From Candidatus Uhrbacteria bacterium (lineage in GTDB: Bacteria; Patescibacteriota; Patescibacteriia; UBA9934; GWF2-40-263), in contig JACPHU010000009.1 of NCBI GenBank assembly GCA_016188495.1, forward strand, positions 13,650 to 77,649: 64,000 nt of DNA, in the 5' to 3' direction. Below are positions 27,885 to 37,025 of the stretch, one piece after another. The translations under genes were made by a program, and so were the position numbers. The stretch's first letter is position 1; each line of letters starts with the position of its first letter. The notes under the pieces are model-generated. The model made no database searches and was not told the DNA's origin. It worked only from the letters and a program-made list of their open reading frames with translations.

Positions 27885-29060
27885 ATGATCAACTTCTCCC
27901 CCCTATGCACCAACCTCAAATCTTCCCTTGAGACCATCCGTTCTCTCAAGACAGATTTTGACGCAGCTTATGCAGCAGCAATCTCTTCCGGTACCCCTGC
28001 TGAGATACAAAAAGCCCAAGATCTCAAACAAGCTCTTGAAACTCAGACTCGTGAGCTTCAGGAGAGAGTCAATACGCTAGAAGCAGAACATCTCTATGAC
28101 CTAAGAGCCCAGTATGAGAGCCAAGTGACGTTACTCAAGCGTACAGGACTGATTGAAACAAAAACTTCTACCAATGAGACAGGACAAGAACAAGAAGTTT
28201 CTTTTATGAGAGATATCCATGGCAATGAACACTCCATTCCGTCATACGAAACCATCATTCATCGCTTTGCAGAGCAAAAAGAACTTTTTCTCACCAAAGC
28301 CGATCAGGGATTCACTAAGTTCCTTCTGGTTCCTTTTGGAATGAGTCTGGATCAGATGATTGAGAAGTTCAGAGCGTATTTGTTGGAGTACAAGAAAGAT
28401 CATCCGGAGTTTGGTCGTCTTGATCCTACAAAAGAAGATGCCTCAGACGAACCCACCTGGGATCCTTTATGGGTGGACAAAGAGTACACAACAGGAGCAG
28501 ACGTTAACGGTACCTTGGTATATGACCCACAGATCTTTGACAAGGAGCACCACAACGGGGTGACCAAAGCACGGATTCTTGAAAGGCAAAAAACTGACCG
28601 AGATCCAATGCTTGGATGGCGTATGTTATTCCTGCAGACAGACAAGGACGGGAAAGGATTCAAGGCAATTCCCAGAATCGGTGAACGTGAAATCCAAGGA
28701 GAGCAGTTTCCGCGTCTAGACTTAGAAACAGATAAAACACCCAAGGAGTATCTTGCTCGTGAGCTTGTCGCATCACAAAACTCTGCCTCCCCCTATTACG
28801 GCGAGTCTGGTATGAGTCCAGAGGAGTGGTTGGTGATGTTCATGAGCCATCTGCAGGAGACAGATAAACCTATAGATCACTATCAAGGCAATAATAGAGA
28901 GTACGACATTAGTACCTATCTCACAGGTGCCTACTTTCCTGCTTCCCGCGGTGTCCTGTACGCGGGCTCGTATCAGCACGGTCGACAGATTAGTTTGTTA
29001 CAACGCAATCCGATCTTTGGTGGTGGAATCATCGGTGTTCGTTGTGCCGTGAGGGGATAA
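27885..29060 (+). CDS. Hypothetical protein (~391 aa)
   Basis: Long ORF. Start placed at MINFSPL because the upstream in-frame codons lie inside the terminator. N-terminal coiled coil; no motifs recognised. Confidence 0.5.
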   Translation: MINFSPLCTNLKSSLETIRSLKTDFDAAYAAAISSGTPAEIQKAQDLKQALETQTRELQERVNTLEAEHLYDLRAQYESQVTLLKRTGLIETKTSTNETGQEQEVSFMRDIHGNEHSIPSYETIIHRFAEQKELFLTKADQGFTKFLLVPFGMSLDQMIEKFRAYLLEYKKDHPEFGRLDPTKEDASDEPTWDPLWVDKEYTTGADVNGTLVYDPQIFDKEHHNGVTKARILERQKTDRDPMLGWRMLFLQTDKDGKGFKAIPRIGEREIQGEQFPRLDLETDKTPKEYLARELVASQNSASPYYGESGMSPEEWLVMFMSHLQETDKPIDHYQGNNREYDISTYLTGAYFPASRGVLYAGSYQHGRQISLLQRNPIFGGGIIGVRCAVRG

Positions 29061-29107
29061 AATTGGTTTTTACTTTTGTATTTTTAAGCGATATATCATT
29101 TGTATTT

Positions 29108-30478
29108 ATGATCCATTTTTATAACACCTTAACTCGTCAAAAAGAGGAATTTACGGCTATTCACGAAGGAAAAGTCGGGATGTATAGCTGTGGTCCTACG
29201 GTGTATTGGTTTGCCCATATCGGAAACATGCGCAGTTTTTTGTTTGCCGATATTTTGCGCCGAACGCTTGAACTTAATGGGTATGAGGTAAAGATGGTCA
29301 TGAATATTACCGACGTCGGCCATCTGACAGGAGATGTGGATGACGGGGAAGATAAAATGTTGGTGGCAATGCGACGCGAAGGAAAAACAGCGCAGGAGAT
29401 CGCCTTGTTTTATACGCAAGCCTTCATGGAGGATTTGCAACAGCTCAACATTAAACCAGCCCATCTTTATCCAAAGGCGACGGATCATATTCCTGAACAG
29501 ATCCAAATGGTTCGCCGATTAGAAAAAAACGGCTTTACGTATAAAACATCCGATGGCATTTATTTTGATACCTCCAAACTCCAACAGTATGGACGACTTT
29601 CGGGCCAGAAGAGCGAAGAGAAAAAAGCGGGGGCACGTGTAGAGATGGGGGAAAAAAGGAATGCAACGGATTTTGCCCTTTGGAAATTTTCTCCTCAAAA
29701 CAGTTCTCGCGACATGGAATGGGATTCCCCATGGGGGATAGGGTTTCCCGGATGGCATTTGGAATGTTCGGCTATGTCCATGAGGTATCTGGATGTTCCT
29801 TTTGATATTCATACAGGCGGCGTGGATCATATCGCCGTCCACCACGAAAACGAGATCGCTCAGACACAGGGTGCAGAAGGAGTTTTAGAGGCCAACGTCT
29901 GGATGCATAGCGAGTTTCTTACGGTCAATGACGGAAAGATGTCCAAATCTTTGGGTAATCTTTATACCGTGGAAGATTTACGCCAAAGAGGCTTTGATCC
30001 TCTTGTCTACCGTTACTTTGTGTTGGGAGCACATTATCGGTCCAAATTAAACTTTACGTTCGAGGGTCTCGAAGCTGCCAAAAATGCTCTCCTTAAACTT
30101 CGCGAAACCGTACGAGACTGGGATCACCCAGACATCGGATGTGCAGAAATGGAACAGAATTTTTTAGAAGCATTGAATGACGATCTCAATACCCCCCAGG
30201 CTCTGGCGATTGTCTGGGAGATGGTAAACGCTCCATTACCTTCTTCTGCTAAGGCCTACTCGCTTTTGTGGATGGATAAGATTCTGGGGTTACGTTTAGA
30301 GGAATTCATCGCTCAACCTCTTCAAGTTCCTTTAGAAATACAACAATTAGTAAATGAACGAGAACAGGCACGTCTTGCGAAAGACTGGGCGAAGTCAGAT
30401 CTTCTCCGTCAGGAAATAGAACAACGGGGATATTTCATTGAAGATACGCCAGAGGGAACAAAAGTGAAGAAAAATTAA
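29108..30478 (+). CDS. cysS: Cysteine--tRNA ligase
   Basis: MYSCGPTVYWFAHIGN (HIGH-type) ... KMSKSLGN (KMSKS), plus a Zn-binding Cys. Confidence 0.92.
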   Translation: MIHFYNTLTRQKEEFTAIHEGKVGMYSCGPTVYWFAHIGNMRSFLFADILRRTLELNGYEVKMVMNITDVGHLTGDVDDGEDKMLVAMRREGKTAQEIALFYTQAFMEDLQQLNIKPAHLYPKATDHIPEQIQMVRRLEKNGFTYKTSDGIYFDTSKLQQYGRLSGQKSEEKKAGARVEMGEKRNATDFALWKFSPQNSSRDMEWDSPWGIGFPGWHLECSAMSMRYLDVPFDIHTGGVDHIAVHHENEIAQTQGAEGVLEANVWMHSEFLTVNDGKMSKSLGNLYTVEDLRQRGFDPLVYRYFVLGAHYRSKLNFTFEGLEAAKNALLKLRETVRDWDHPDIGCAEMEQNFLEALNDDLNTPQALAIVWEMVNAPLPSSAKAYSLLWMDKILGLRLEEFIAQPLQVPLEIQQLVNEREQARLAKDWAKSDLLRQEIEQRGYFIEDTPEGTKVKKN

Positions 30479-30499
30479 TATTTTGCTGTTTTTATTAGG

Positions 30500-30536
30500 A
30501 ATTCTGTCAATAAATATTGACAGAATTGTTTTTTTC
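30500..30536 (+). terminator. Rho-independent terminator
   Basis: aattctgtcaata-aa-tattgacagaatt followed by gttttttt. Confidence 0.75.
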
Positions 30537-30614
30537 TGATAGATTTTTCCGTTCTGATTTCCGTTCATTTTGAATTAAACAGAGAACAATAAGGATAGAG
30601 AAAGGAGACGAGCG

Positions 30615-31448
30615 ATGTTGTCCATTTTATCTGAGTCTTATTCAATTCTGGCGTTTGCCGTCGTGGCGTTTTTCTGGTTTTCTTATAAGCTCATAGATCT
30701 ATGTGAGTCTTATCAACAGACGCCGGGTAAGTTGATTTTTGCGACGATTGTCAGTGTTATTAGCACTATCATTTGCTTCATCGCGGGATGGATTGAGGCT
30801 GACGACATTGGAAGGTCTATTCCTTATTTTAGTACCCTGGCCGTACTGCTCGCTTCTTCCTTTTCCTTGTATTTCATAAAAAGCATCCTGGGAAAGGTGT
30901 TGGATGGGTGGCTCTGGGGATGGAAGATCTTTTCTACTCTAGGATCGAAATTCTTTTCTCGATTTAAGAAATTCGACCGGCGACAGCTTGTTTCCGAGGA
31001 TCGCATGGCTCAGGCTGATCGGATCCTTGAGCTCGTTCCTTCTCTAGATCGCATCGATCTTCGAAGCAAGGTGGGCGAGATCGTCGCACACTTTCTGCCA
31101 ACACTCCATGAGCAGAAACAGCGATTGCAGCAGAAAATTGAAAGGGTCAAAACTCTTGGCAATGCCGATGTCGTGCGTGAAAGCCTGAAGGCTCTGGAGC
31201 AGCAGATGGTTCTCAACGGCAAAAATATCCAGTCCTGTCATGATTTTCTCAACGCGGCCGAAGCCAAGCTTCTCGCTGCCAGCGAAGATGGCCAAGGATT
31301 GGAAGGGCTTTCCGATCTGTTTACAGGTCTGCTTTCGCAGATTCAGGTGAAATGTTCGGCCCTCGAACAGACCAATCGTCAGTTGCAGGAGATCGATGCG
31401 CCAGTTACTGGATTTCAGAGAAACCAGACAGTTGGTCAGATCTCTTGA
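30615..31448 (+). CDS. Hypothetical membrane protein (four N-terminal TMs plus a coiled-coil tail)
   Basis: 277 aa with hydrophobic helices in the first 110 aa. SD aaggagacgagcg before the ATG. Confidence 0.5.
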   Translation: MLSILSESYSILAFAVVAFFWFSYKLIDLCESYQQTPGKLIFATIVSVISTIICFIAGWIEADDIGRSIPYFSTLAVLLASSFSLYFIKSILGKVLDGWLWGWKIFSTLGSKFFSRFKKFDRRQLVSEDRMAQADRILELVPSLDRIDLRSKVGEIVAHFLPTLHEQKQRLQQKIERVKTLGNADVVRESLKALEQQMVLNGKNIQSCHDFLNAAEAKLLAASEDGQGLEGLSDLFTGLLSQIQVKCSALEQTNRQLQEIDAPVTGFQRNQTVGQIS

Positions 31449-31464
31449 TCTTCAGAGAGAACGC

Positions 31465-31500
31465 AAACCGCATAAGTTGCATACTTATGCGGTTTTTCTT
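31465..31500 (+). terminator. Rho-independent terminator
   Basis: aaaccgcataag-ttgcata-cttatgcggttt followed by ttctt. Confidence 0.65.
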
Positions 31501-31524
31501 TATTGTGGTAAAATAATCGATGAT

Positions 31525-32082
31525 ATGCCTAAAGATGCACGATTTATTGATCCGGAGTCATCCAAAAAAAAGAGAGGCCGTGTTGAGACGCGTGAAGCGT
31601 CACCCGTTCCTTCTACATTGGAAACGGTTTCGGAACTTCCCTCCGCCGTTGAGACCAAGCAAGAACAACCCGAGCATTTTTTAGAAGGGGAAAGAGAGAT
31701 CGTACAAAAAGAAGCCTCATTGCCAGGCCGTCTTTCAACGACTCGCAAAACGGTTGCCAAGAAAAAAATTCAAGAAGATCGTTTGGAAGAGGAAATTGAG
31801 GATATTTTAGAAGAGGATCTAAAAGAATTATATTTATCTCTTCCTCCGAAAAAACAAGCCGAGTTCCGTTTGAAAGGAGAAGAAACGCGTTCACGCATTC
31901 GACAACTCGCCGGATCGTTGAAAATCAATGCAAAGAAAATTTTTCAACTGATCCGTGCGTGGTTAAAGGTGATTCCTGGCGTGAATCGATTTTTTCTTGA
32001 ACAGGCGGCGAAAATAAAAACAGATAAAATTTTGATGGTTGCAGAAGAAGAGCAAAAACAAAAACAAAAAGAAACCATGTGA
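31525..32082 (+). CDS. Hypothetical charged (Glu/Lys-rich) protein, ~185 aa
   Basis: Start moved to MPKDARF because ORF 31396 would read through the terminator. The stop overlaps the start of the following ATPase gene (ATGA). Confidence 0.45.
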   Translation: MPKDARFIDPESSKKKRGRVETREASPVPSTLETVSELPSAVETKQEQPEHFLEGEREIVQKEASLPGRLSTTRKTVAKKKIQEDRLEEEIEDILEEDLKELYLSLPPKKQAEFRLKGEETRSRIRQLAGSLKINAKKIFQLIRAWLKVIPGVNRFFLEQAAKIKTDKILMVAEEEQKQKQKETM

Positions 32083-34616
32083 TTTCCTTATTACAATTCG
32101 GCTTAGAAACAGATCCTCAATTGATTAAAACCGTAACAGCGTCGGCAGATTTTTCCATCCCGCCGTTTATCTTGTGGGGGTCGTTGCTGTTGGTTTTTTT
32201 GTTTTGTCTATTGTACGTATTGAGGTTTTTTATCAGACGTCTTTCGCTGGCCAGACAGGCTACGTTTCATCGTGTCACACTGCTGATTACGTTGCCAAAA
32301 TTCAGGCGCGAAGAAGAAAGTGAGAAAGGTCCTTCTAAGGATCAGGTCAAAGAAGCGATTGCTGCTGCGGAATCTTTTTTTTCCTCTCTTGGAGGTTTAA
32401 CGGTGCATCATGGTTTTAAATCGTGGCTGTTTGGACGTCATGACGAGTTTTCTTTTGAGATTGTCGTTGAGAAGAAATTGATCAAATTTTTTGTTACCGT
32501 TCCTGTCGAATTGCGTGATTTTTTGGAACAGCAATTATCGGCTGCTTATCCTGATTCGTTTACAGAAGAAGTCGAAGATTACAATATTTTTAAACCGGAC
32601 GGTGTCATTTTAGGAAGCCACCTCGTGTTGCGCCGTATCAGTTCCTTTCCGATTAAAACCTATACACAATTAGAGAAAGATCCTTTAAATACGATCACAA
32701 ACGTATTATCAAAAATTCCTGACGGAGACGGAGCCGCCTTTCAATTTCTTGTTCGGTCTTCTCAAGCAAAATGGAGAAACAGAGGAATAAAAATCGCTTC
32801 AAACATGCAACAGGGAATGAAGCTTGAAGAGGCTCTTCGTGGAAAAAAGAAAGGCAAGAGCAGTAGCTGGATGGAGTTGTCCGGCTTGAGCAGTCCCAAT
32901 AAGTCTCAAGAACCGCAGAAAGATTATCGTCTTTCTCCTTTAGAAGAACAGGTAGTCAAAGGGTTGGAAGAAAAGGCGAGTAAAGCCGGAATGGATGTGT
33001 GTATTCGGTTAGTGACTTGTTCGAAGTCAGCTGCTTCTGCACAAACTCTTTTGCAAAACATGCTCAACGTGTTTGCTCAATACAATATTTATGAGTATGG
33101 CAATTCGTTTGTAAAATCACTTCCTCATCGCAAAACGCGTTTAATTAAAGATTTTATTTATCGAGCTTTCGATGAGCAGCGAACGATCGTTCTCAACGCA
33201 GAAGAAATGGCGAGTTTATGGCACCTTCCTTTGCCTTGGACAGAGACTCCTAATATCAAATGGTTAGGATCTCGAAAAGGTCCCGCACCATCAGGGATTC
33301 CCGGACCAGAGGAAGGGGATATTGAGTTGGGTTACAACATGTTTCGCGGTATTAAAACTCCTATTTGGATGAACGCGATTGATCGTACTCGTCACATGTA
33401 CATCGTCGGAAAGTCGGGTTCTGGTAAATCTCAGCTGATTGCCAGGCTTGCGATTCAGGACATTCAGGCAGGACACGGCGTGGCCGTGGTAGAGCCTCAT
33501 GGAGATTTGGTGGAGTTGATTTTAAGGAATATTCCAAAAGAGCGGGTGGATGACGTTATTTTGTTTGATCCTTCCGATCTGGAACGACCGATGGGTCTTA
33601 ACATGCTTGAAGCCCCCACAGAGACCATGAAGGATTTTGCGGTTCAAGAAATGATTTCTGTTTTTTATAAATTGTTTCCACCGGAAATGATTGGTCCGAT
33701 GTTCGAGCACCAGATGCGCAATTTCATGCTGACTCTGATGTCCGACTTTGAAAATCCAGGGACGATTGCAGAGATCCCCCGCATGGTCACAGATAAAAAA
33801 TTTCAAGATAAGTGGCGGGCAAAATTGAAAGATCCTGTCGTTCGAAGCTTTTGGGAGGATGAAATTGATAACACCAGCGACTATCATAAATCAGAAATGA
33901 TGGGATATCTCGTTTCTAAAGTAGGACGTTTCGTGGAAAACGAGATGATGCGCAATATTATCGGCCAATCAAAGTCCAGCTTCAGTTTTCGTGAAGTGAT
34001 GGACCAGAAGAAAATTTTGCTCGTTAACCTTTCCAAGGGAAAAACAGGAGATGTAAATGCGGAACTATTAGGTTTGGTTATCGTGTCCAAGCTGCAGATG
34101 GCCGCTTTGACGCGTGCGGATATTCCAGAAGATCAACGCCATGATTTTTATCTGTATATTGACGAGTTCCAAAATTTTATTACGGATTCCATCGCAACCA
34201 TTTTGTCTGAAGCGCGTAAATATCGTTTGAATTTGATTATCGCCCATCAATACATCGGGCAGCTGGTAAAAAATAACGATACGAAAATTCGCGAAGCGGT
34301 GTTTGGAAACGTGGGAACAAACTTTGTGGCCCGTATCGGTCCTGAGGACGTAGAAACCTTAGGGAAAATTTATTCCCCCGAGTTTTCTGGATACGATCTT
34401 ATCAATTCAGACAAATTTACCTGGTACGTAAAAATGATCGTTGATAATGCCCAACAGAAACCGTTTACCTTGAACTTTACCCCTCCGCCAAAAGGCGACA
34501 CAGAGTTGGCCTCAGCCATCAAACAGCTATCGCGTCTAAAGTACGGAAGAGATCGTGCGCTGGTGGAAGCCGAAATTATGGAGCGCACTCAATTAGATGG
34601 TTCAGGGCGTTTATAG
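32079..34616 (+). CDS. TraD/VirD4/TraG-family (T4SS coupling-protein-like) P-loop ATPase with a membrane-anchored N-terminal domain of unknown function
   Basis: 845 aa with two N-terminal TMs. Walker A MYIVGKSGSGKSQLIARLA, Walker B FYLYIDEFQNF, downstream LNLIIAHQYIGQL. The first ~400 aa have no recognisable homology. Confidence 0.6.
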   Translation: MISLLQFGLETDPQLIKTVTASADFSIPPFILWGSLLLVFLFCLLYVLRFFIRRLSLARQATFHRVTLLITLPKFRREEESEKGPSKDQVKEAIAAAESFFSSLGGLTVHHGFKSWLFGRHDEFSFEIVVEKKLIKFFVTVPVELRDFLEQQLSAAYPDSFTEEVEDYNIFKPDGVILGSHLVLRRISSFPIKTYTQLEKDPLNTITNVLSKIPDGDGAAFQFLVRSSQAKWRNRGIKIASNMQQGMKLEEALRGKKKGKSSSWMELSGLSSPNKSQEPQKDYRLSPLEEQVVKGLEEKASKAGMDVCIRLVTCSKSAASAQTLLQNMLNVFAQYNIYEYGNSFVKSLPHRKTRLIKDFIYRAFDEQRTIVLNAEEMASLWHLPLPWTETPNIKWLGSRKGPAPSGIPGPEEGDIELGYNMFRGIKTPIWMNAIDRTRHMYIVGKSGSGKSQLIARLAIQDIQAGHGVAVVEPHGDLVELILRNIPKERVDDVILFDPSDLERPMGLNMLEAPTETMKDFAVQEMISVFYKLFPPEMIGPMFEHQMRNFMLTLMSDFENPGTIAEIPRMVTDKKFQDKWRAKLKDPVVRSFWEDEIDNTSDYHKSEMMGYLVSKVGRFVENEMMRNIIGQSKSSFSFREVMDQKKILLVNLSKGKTGDVNAELLGLVIVSKLQMAALTRADIPEDQRHDFYLYIDEFQNFITDSIATILSEARKYRLNLIIAHQYIGQLVKNNDTKIREAVFGNVGTNFVARIGPEDVETLGKIYSPEFSGYDLINSDKFTWYVKMIVDNAQQKPFTLNFTPPPKGDTELASAIKQLSRLKYGRDRALVEAEIMERTQLDGSGRL

Positions 34617-34816
34617 GAGATTTCTTCAAAACTCGCGATCTTACCTTTCACGGGGCCCCATTGGCTCGTCAGTCTTCGGCAAGCTCAGACTGACCCTGAG
34701 TCTATCGAAGGGTCACTGTATGTGAATACAGCTCTGTCGCCAACCCGCCCGGCCTTATGTCCGTTCGGACGGGTTTCCCCGTTCAAGGCAATCTCATCGA
34801 GTTTTGAAGAAATCTC
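34617..34816. repeat. MITE-like palindromic element, copy 1 (200 bp)
   Basis: Terminal inverted repeats gagatttcttcaaaactcgcgatctt...cacgggg / ccccgttcaaggcaatctcatcgagttttgaagaaatctc with internal hairpins. Homologous termini recur at 57512-57641. Confidence 0.7.
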
Positions 34817-34832
34817 TCAACATATTTTATTT

Positions 34833-35453
34833 ATGATGCAGGAATACGACATTGACGAAACTCTTTTTGATTGCGAGCCCGATGTTGAAGTTCATGCCAA
34901 TAAACGTGAACATGCAGATACTCGTAATCGACTGGCTTTGCAGATGCTCAAACATACCAGAGACAGCCTCAATCACGTGATCCAGTTATTAGAAGAGGGC
35001 GATACGACCAAAGCAACCCGGCAATTGGTAGATTTTGTTTCTCGTAAAAAAACGACGGAGGCTGACTTAGAATCGGCTACGGGCTCGCGGGTGATCGAGG
35101 GGGTTTTTGACGGCCAGGGAATGGTTGGAGGAGATGGGATCCGATATCTTGTTTCAGAAAATTACGCCTCTAAGTCCAAGCTGGTTGAGGGAGACATGCT
35201 TAAGCTGATCATTCAGCCGGATGGAACTCATATTTTCAAGCAAATAGGGCCTGTTGAGCGTCGTCGGTTTGTTGGAGTGCTCTCACAAGATTCATCCACA
35301 CAAAGTCCCGTTGTTGTCTGTGGCGACTGCGTGTATAAAGTACTGGCAGCCAGTGTTTCTTATTTTAAAATAATTCCTGGCGATGAGGTCGTGATCCTCC
35401 TTCCTGCGGGTGGAACCTCTGTTTGGGCGGCGGTCGAACGCTTAAATTCATAA
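34833..35453 (+). CDS. Hypothetical protein (~206 aa)
   Basis: Start set at MMQEYD, immediately after the repeat element; ORF 34722 would begin inside the element. Confidence 0.45.
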   Translation: MMQEYDIDETLFDCEPDVEVHANKREHADTRNRLALQMLKHTRDSLNHVIQLLEEGDTTKATRQLVDFVSRKKTTEADLESATGSRVIEGVFDGQGMVGGDGIRYLVSENYASKSKLVEGDMLKLIIQPDGTHIFKQIGPVERRRFVGVLSQDSSTQSPVVVCGDCVYKVLAASVSYFKIIPGDEVVILLPAGGTSVWAAVERLNS

Positions 35454-35472
35454 AGCTGCCCCTTTTTTATTT

Positions 35473-36975
35473 ATGGCAAAAGTGCTTTATCGTGTTTATC
35501 GACCATCTACGTTTGAACAGGTAAGCGGACAGGAGCATGTTGTTTTGACCATTCAAAATCAATACGCTTTCGGATCTTTAGCTCATGCCTATCTTTTTAC
35601 AGGTCCTCGGGGAGTAGGAAAAACAACGATGGCGCGCTTGATTGCGAAGCTCGTCAATTGTGAGGCTCCTCAAACAAACGAACCGTGTAACGCCTGTTCT
35701 GCCTGTCTTGCGATTATTGAGGGACATACGTTGGATATTTACGAAATTGATGCGGCTTCTCATACAGATGTCGACAATGTCCGCGAAAACATCATTCAAT
35801 CCGTTCGGTTTGTTCCAAATCAGCTAAAGAAAAAAGTGTACATTATTGACGAGGCACACATGCTTTCGTCTTCTGCGTTTAATGCTTTACTTAAAACGCT
35901 TGAAGAACCTCCTGAACACGTCTTGTTTCTTTTGGCCACTACCGAAATTCACAAAGTTCCAGAAACCATTATTAGCCGATGTCAGCGTTTTGATTTCAAG
36001 CGTCTGAGCTCCCAGGAACTGGTGAAACGAATGCAGGGGATTGTTAAAGAAGAAAACGTGGAAGTAGACGTAGAGGTTCTTGAAGAAATTGCCCGTCATA
36101 GTGGCGGATGTGCGCGCGATGCGGAAAGTTTACTCGGCCAAGTATTGGCGTTGGGCGACAAACAGATCACCCTAGATCAAGCGCGTTTAGTGTTGCCTGC
36201 GACTCAGCGAGTATTGGTAGAATCGTTTACACATGCCCTCCAAGACAAACAGGCAGCTCAGGCGATTCTGTTGTTAAATACCTATCTCGAACAAGGCGTT
36301 GATTTGGATTATTTTATTTCCGATATCATTGGATGGTTTCGAGATCGTCTGTTGGAGACGGTTTCTGTCGCCCCAATGTCTGATCACATTCCTTTTTTTC
36401 AACACGCACTTGAACAGTTATTAAGAGCTCAAAAAGAATGTGGACGAGAACAGATCCCTCAGCTTCCTATTGAGTTAGCCATCCTTAAAATTTGTGGGTT
36501 GAATTTTCACCAACAGGGGGTTGATTCAAGCCCGGTGATTTCTAAATCTCAAGATAAAACCGTCTCTATTGAAGTACCACCTGAAGCACCTCTTCCACCA
36601 AAAATAGAAGAAGCTGTTGTTTCAGAAGTGGTAAAAACAGTTTTTGATACGGTTCCTGTGTTGAGTTTGGATCAAGTGAAACAGAAGTGGCCTGAGGTGT
36701 ATGAGCAAATCAAAGCTTGTAACGCTTCCTTGCCGTTGATGATGCAATCTTGTGAAATTACCGGGCTTGACGGCGATCATGTGGAATTGGGATTCGAATA
36801 CGATTTATATGTTCAAACCGTGAATCAAGAAAAAAATCGTCTTGTGATTGAGGGGGTACTTGAACAGGTTTTAGGTAAGCGATTGCGTGTGAGAGCCATT
36901 CAGTCAAAGAATAAGCCCGAACAGGATGAAACGATACAGAGTCTTGTACAAGAATTCGGAGGAGGTCTCATTTAG
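35473..36975 (+). CDS. dnaX: DNA polymerase III subunit gamma/tau
   Basis: YRPSTFEQVSGQEHV...GPRGVGKTT (Walker A) ... zinc module CEAPQTNEPCNACSAC ... IIDEAHML ... SRCQRF. Confidence 0.92.
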   Translation: MAKVLYRVYRPSTFEQVSGQEHVVLTIQNQYAFGSLAHAYLFTGPRGVGKTTMARLIAKLVNCEAPQTNEPCNACSACLAIIEGHTLDIYEIDAASHTDVDNVRENIIQSVRFVPNQLKKKVYIIDEAHMLSSSAFNALLKTLEEPPEHVLFLLATTEIHKVPETIISRCQRFDFKRLSSQELVKRMQGIVKEENVEVDVEVLEEIARHSGGCARDAESLLGQVLALGDKQITLDQARLVLPATQRVLVESFTHALQDKQAAQAILLLNTYLEQGVDLDYFISDIIGWFRDRLLETVSVAPMSDHIPFFQHALEQLLRAQKECGREQIPQLPIELAILKICGLNFHQQGVDSSPVISKSQDKTVSIEVPPEAPLPPKIEEAVVSEVVKTVFDTVPVLSLDQVKQKWPEVYEQIKACNASLPLMMQSCEITGLDGDHVELGFEYDLYVQTVNQEKNRLVIEGVLEQVLGKRLRVRAIQSKNKPEQDETIQSLVQEFGGGLI

Positions 36976-36983
36976 AGAAAGAA

Positions 36984-37007
36984 AAACCCGCTGGTGTACA
37001 GCGGGTC
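36984..37007 (-). terminator. Hairpin terminator, T-run on the minus strand (for the 37026-37361 gene)
   Basis: acccgct-ggtgtac-agcgggt. The minus strand reads acccgct...agcgggttttt. Confidence 0.55.
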
Positions 37008-37025
37008 TGAGAGAGATCTCTGTTC

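Noticed and set aside
31396-31524. Upstream start (31396) for the 31525-32082 gene
   Set aside because: That start would force translation through a strong Rho-independent terminator (31465-31500) and overlap the preceding gene. MPKDARF at 31525 is more plausible.
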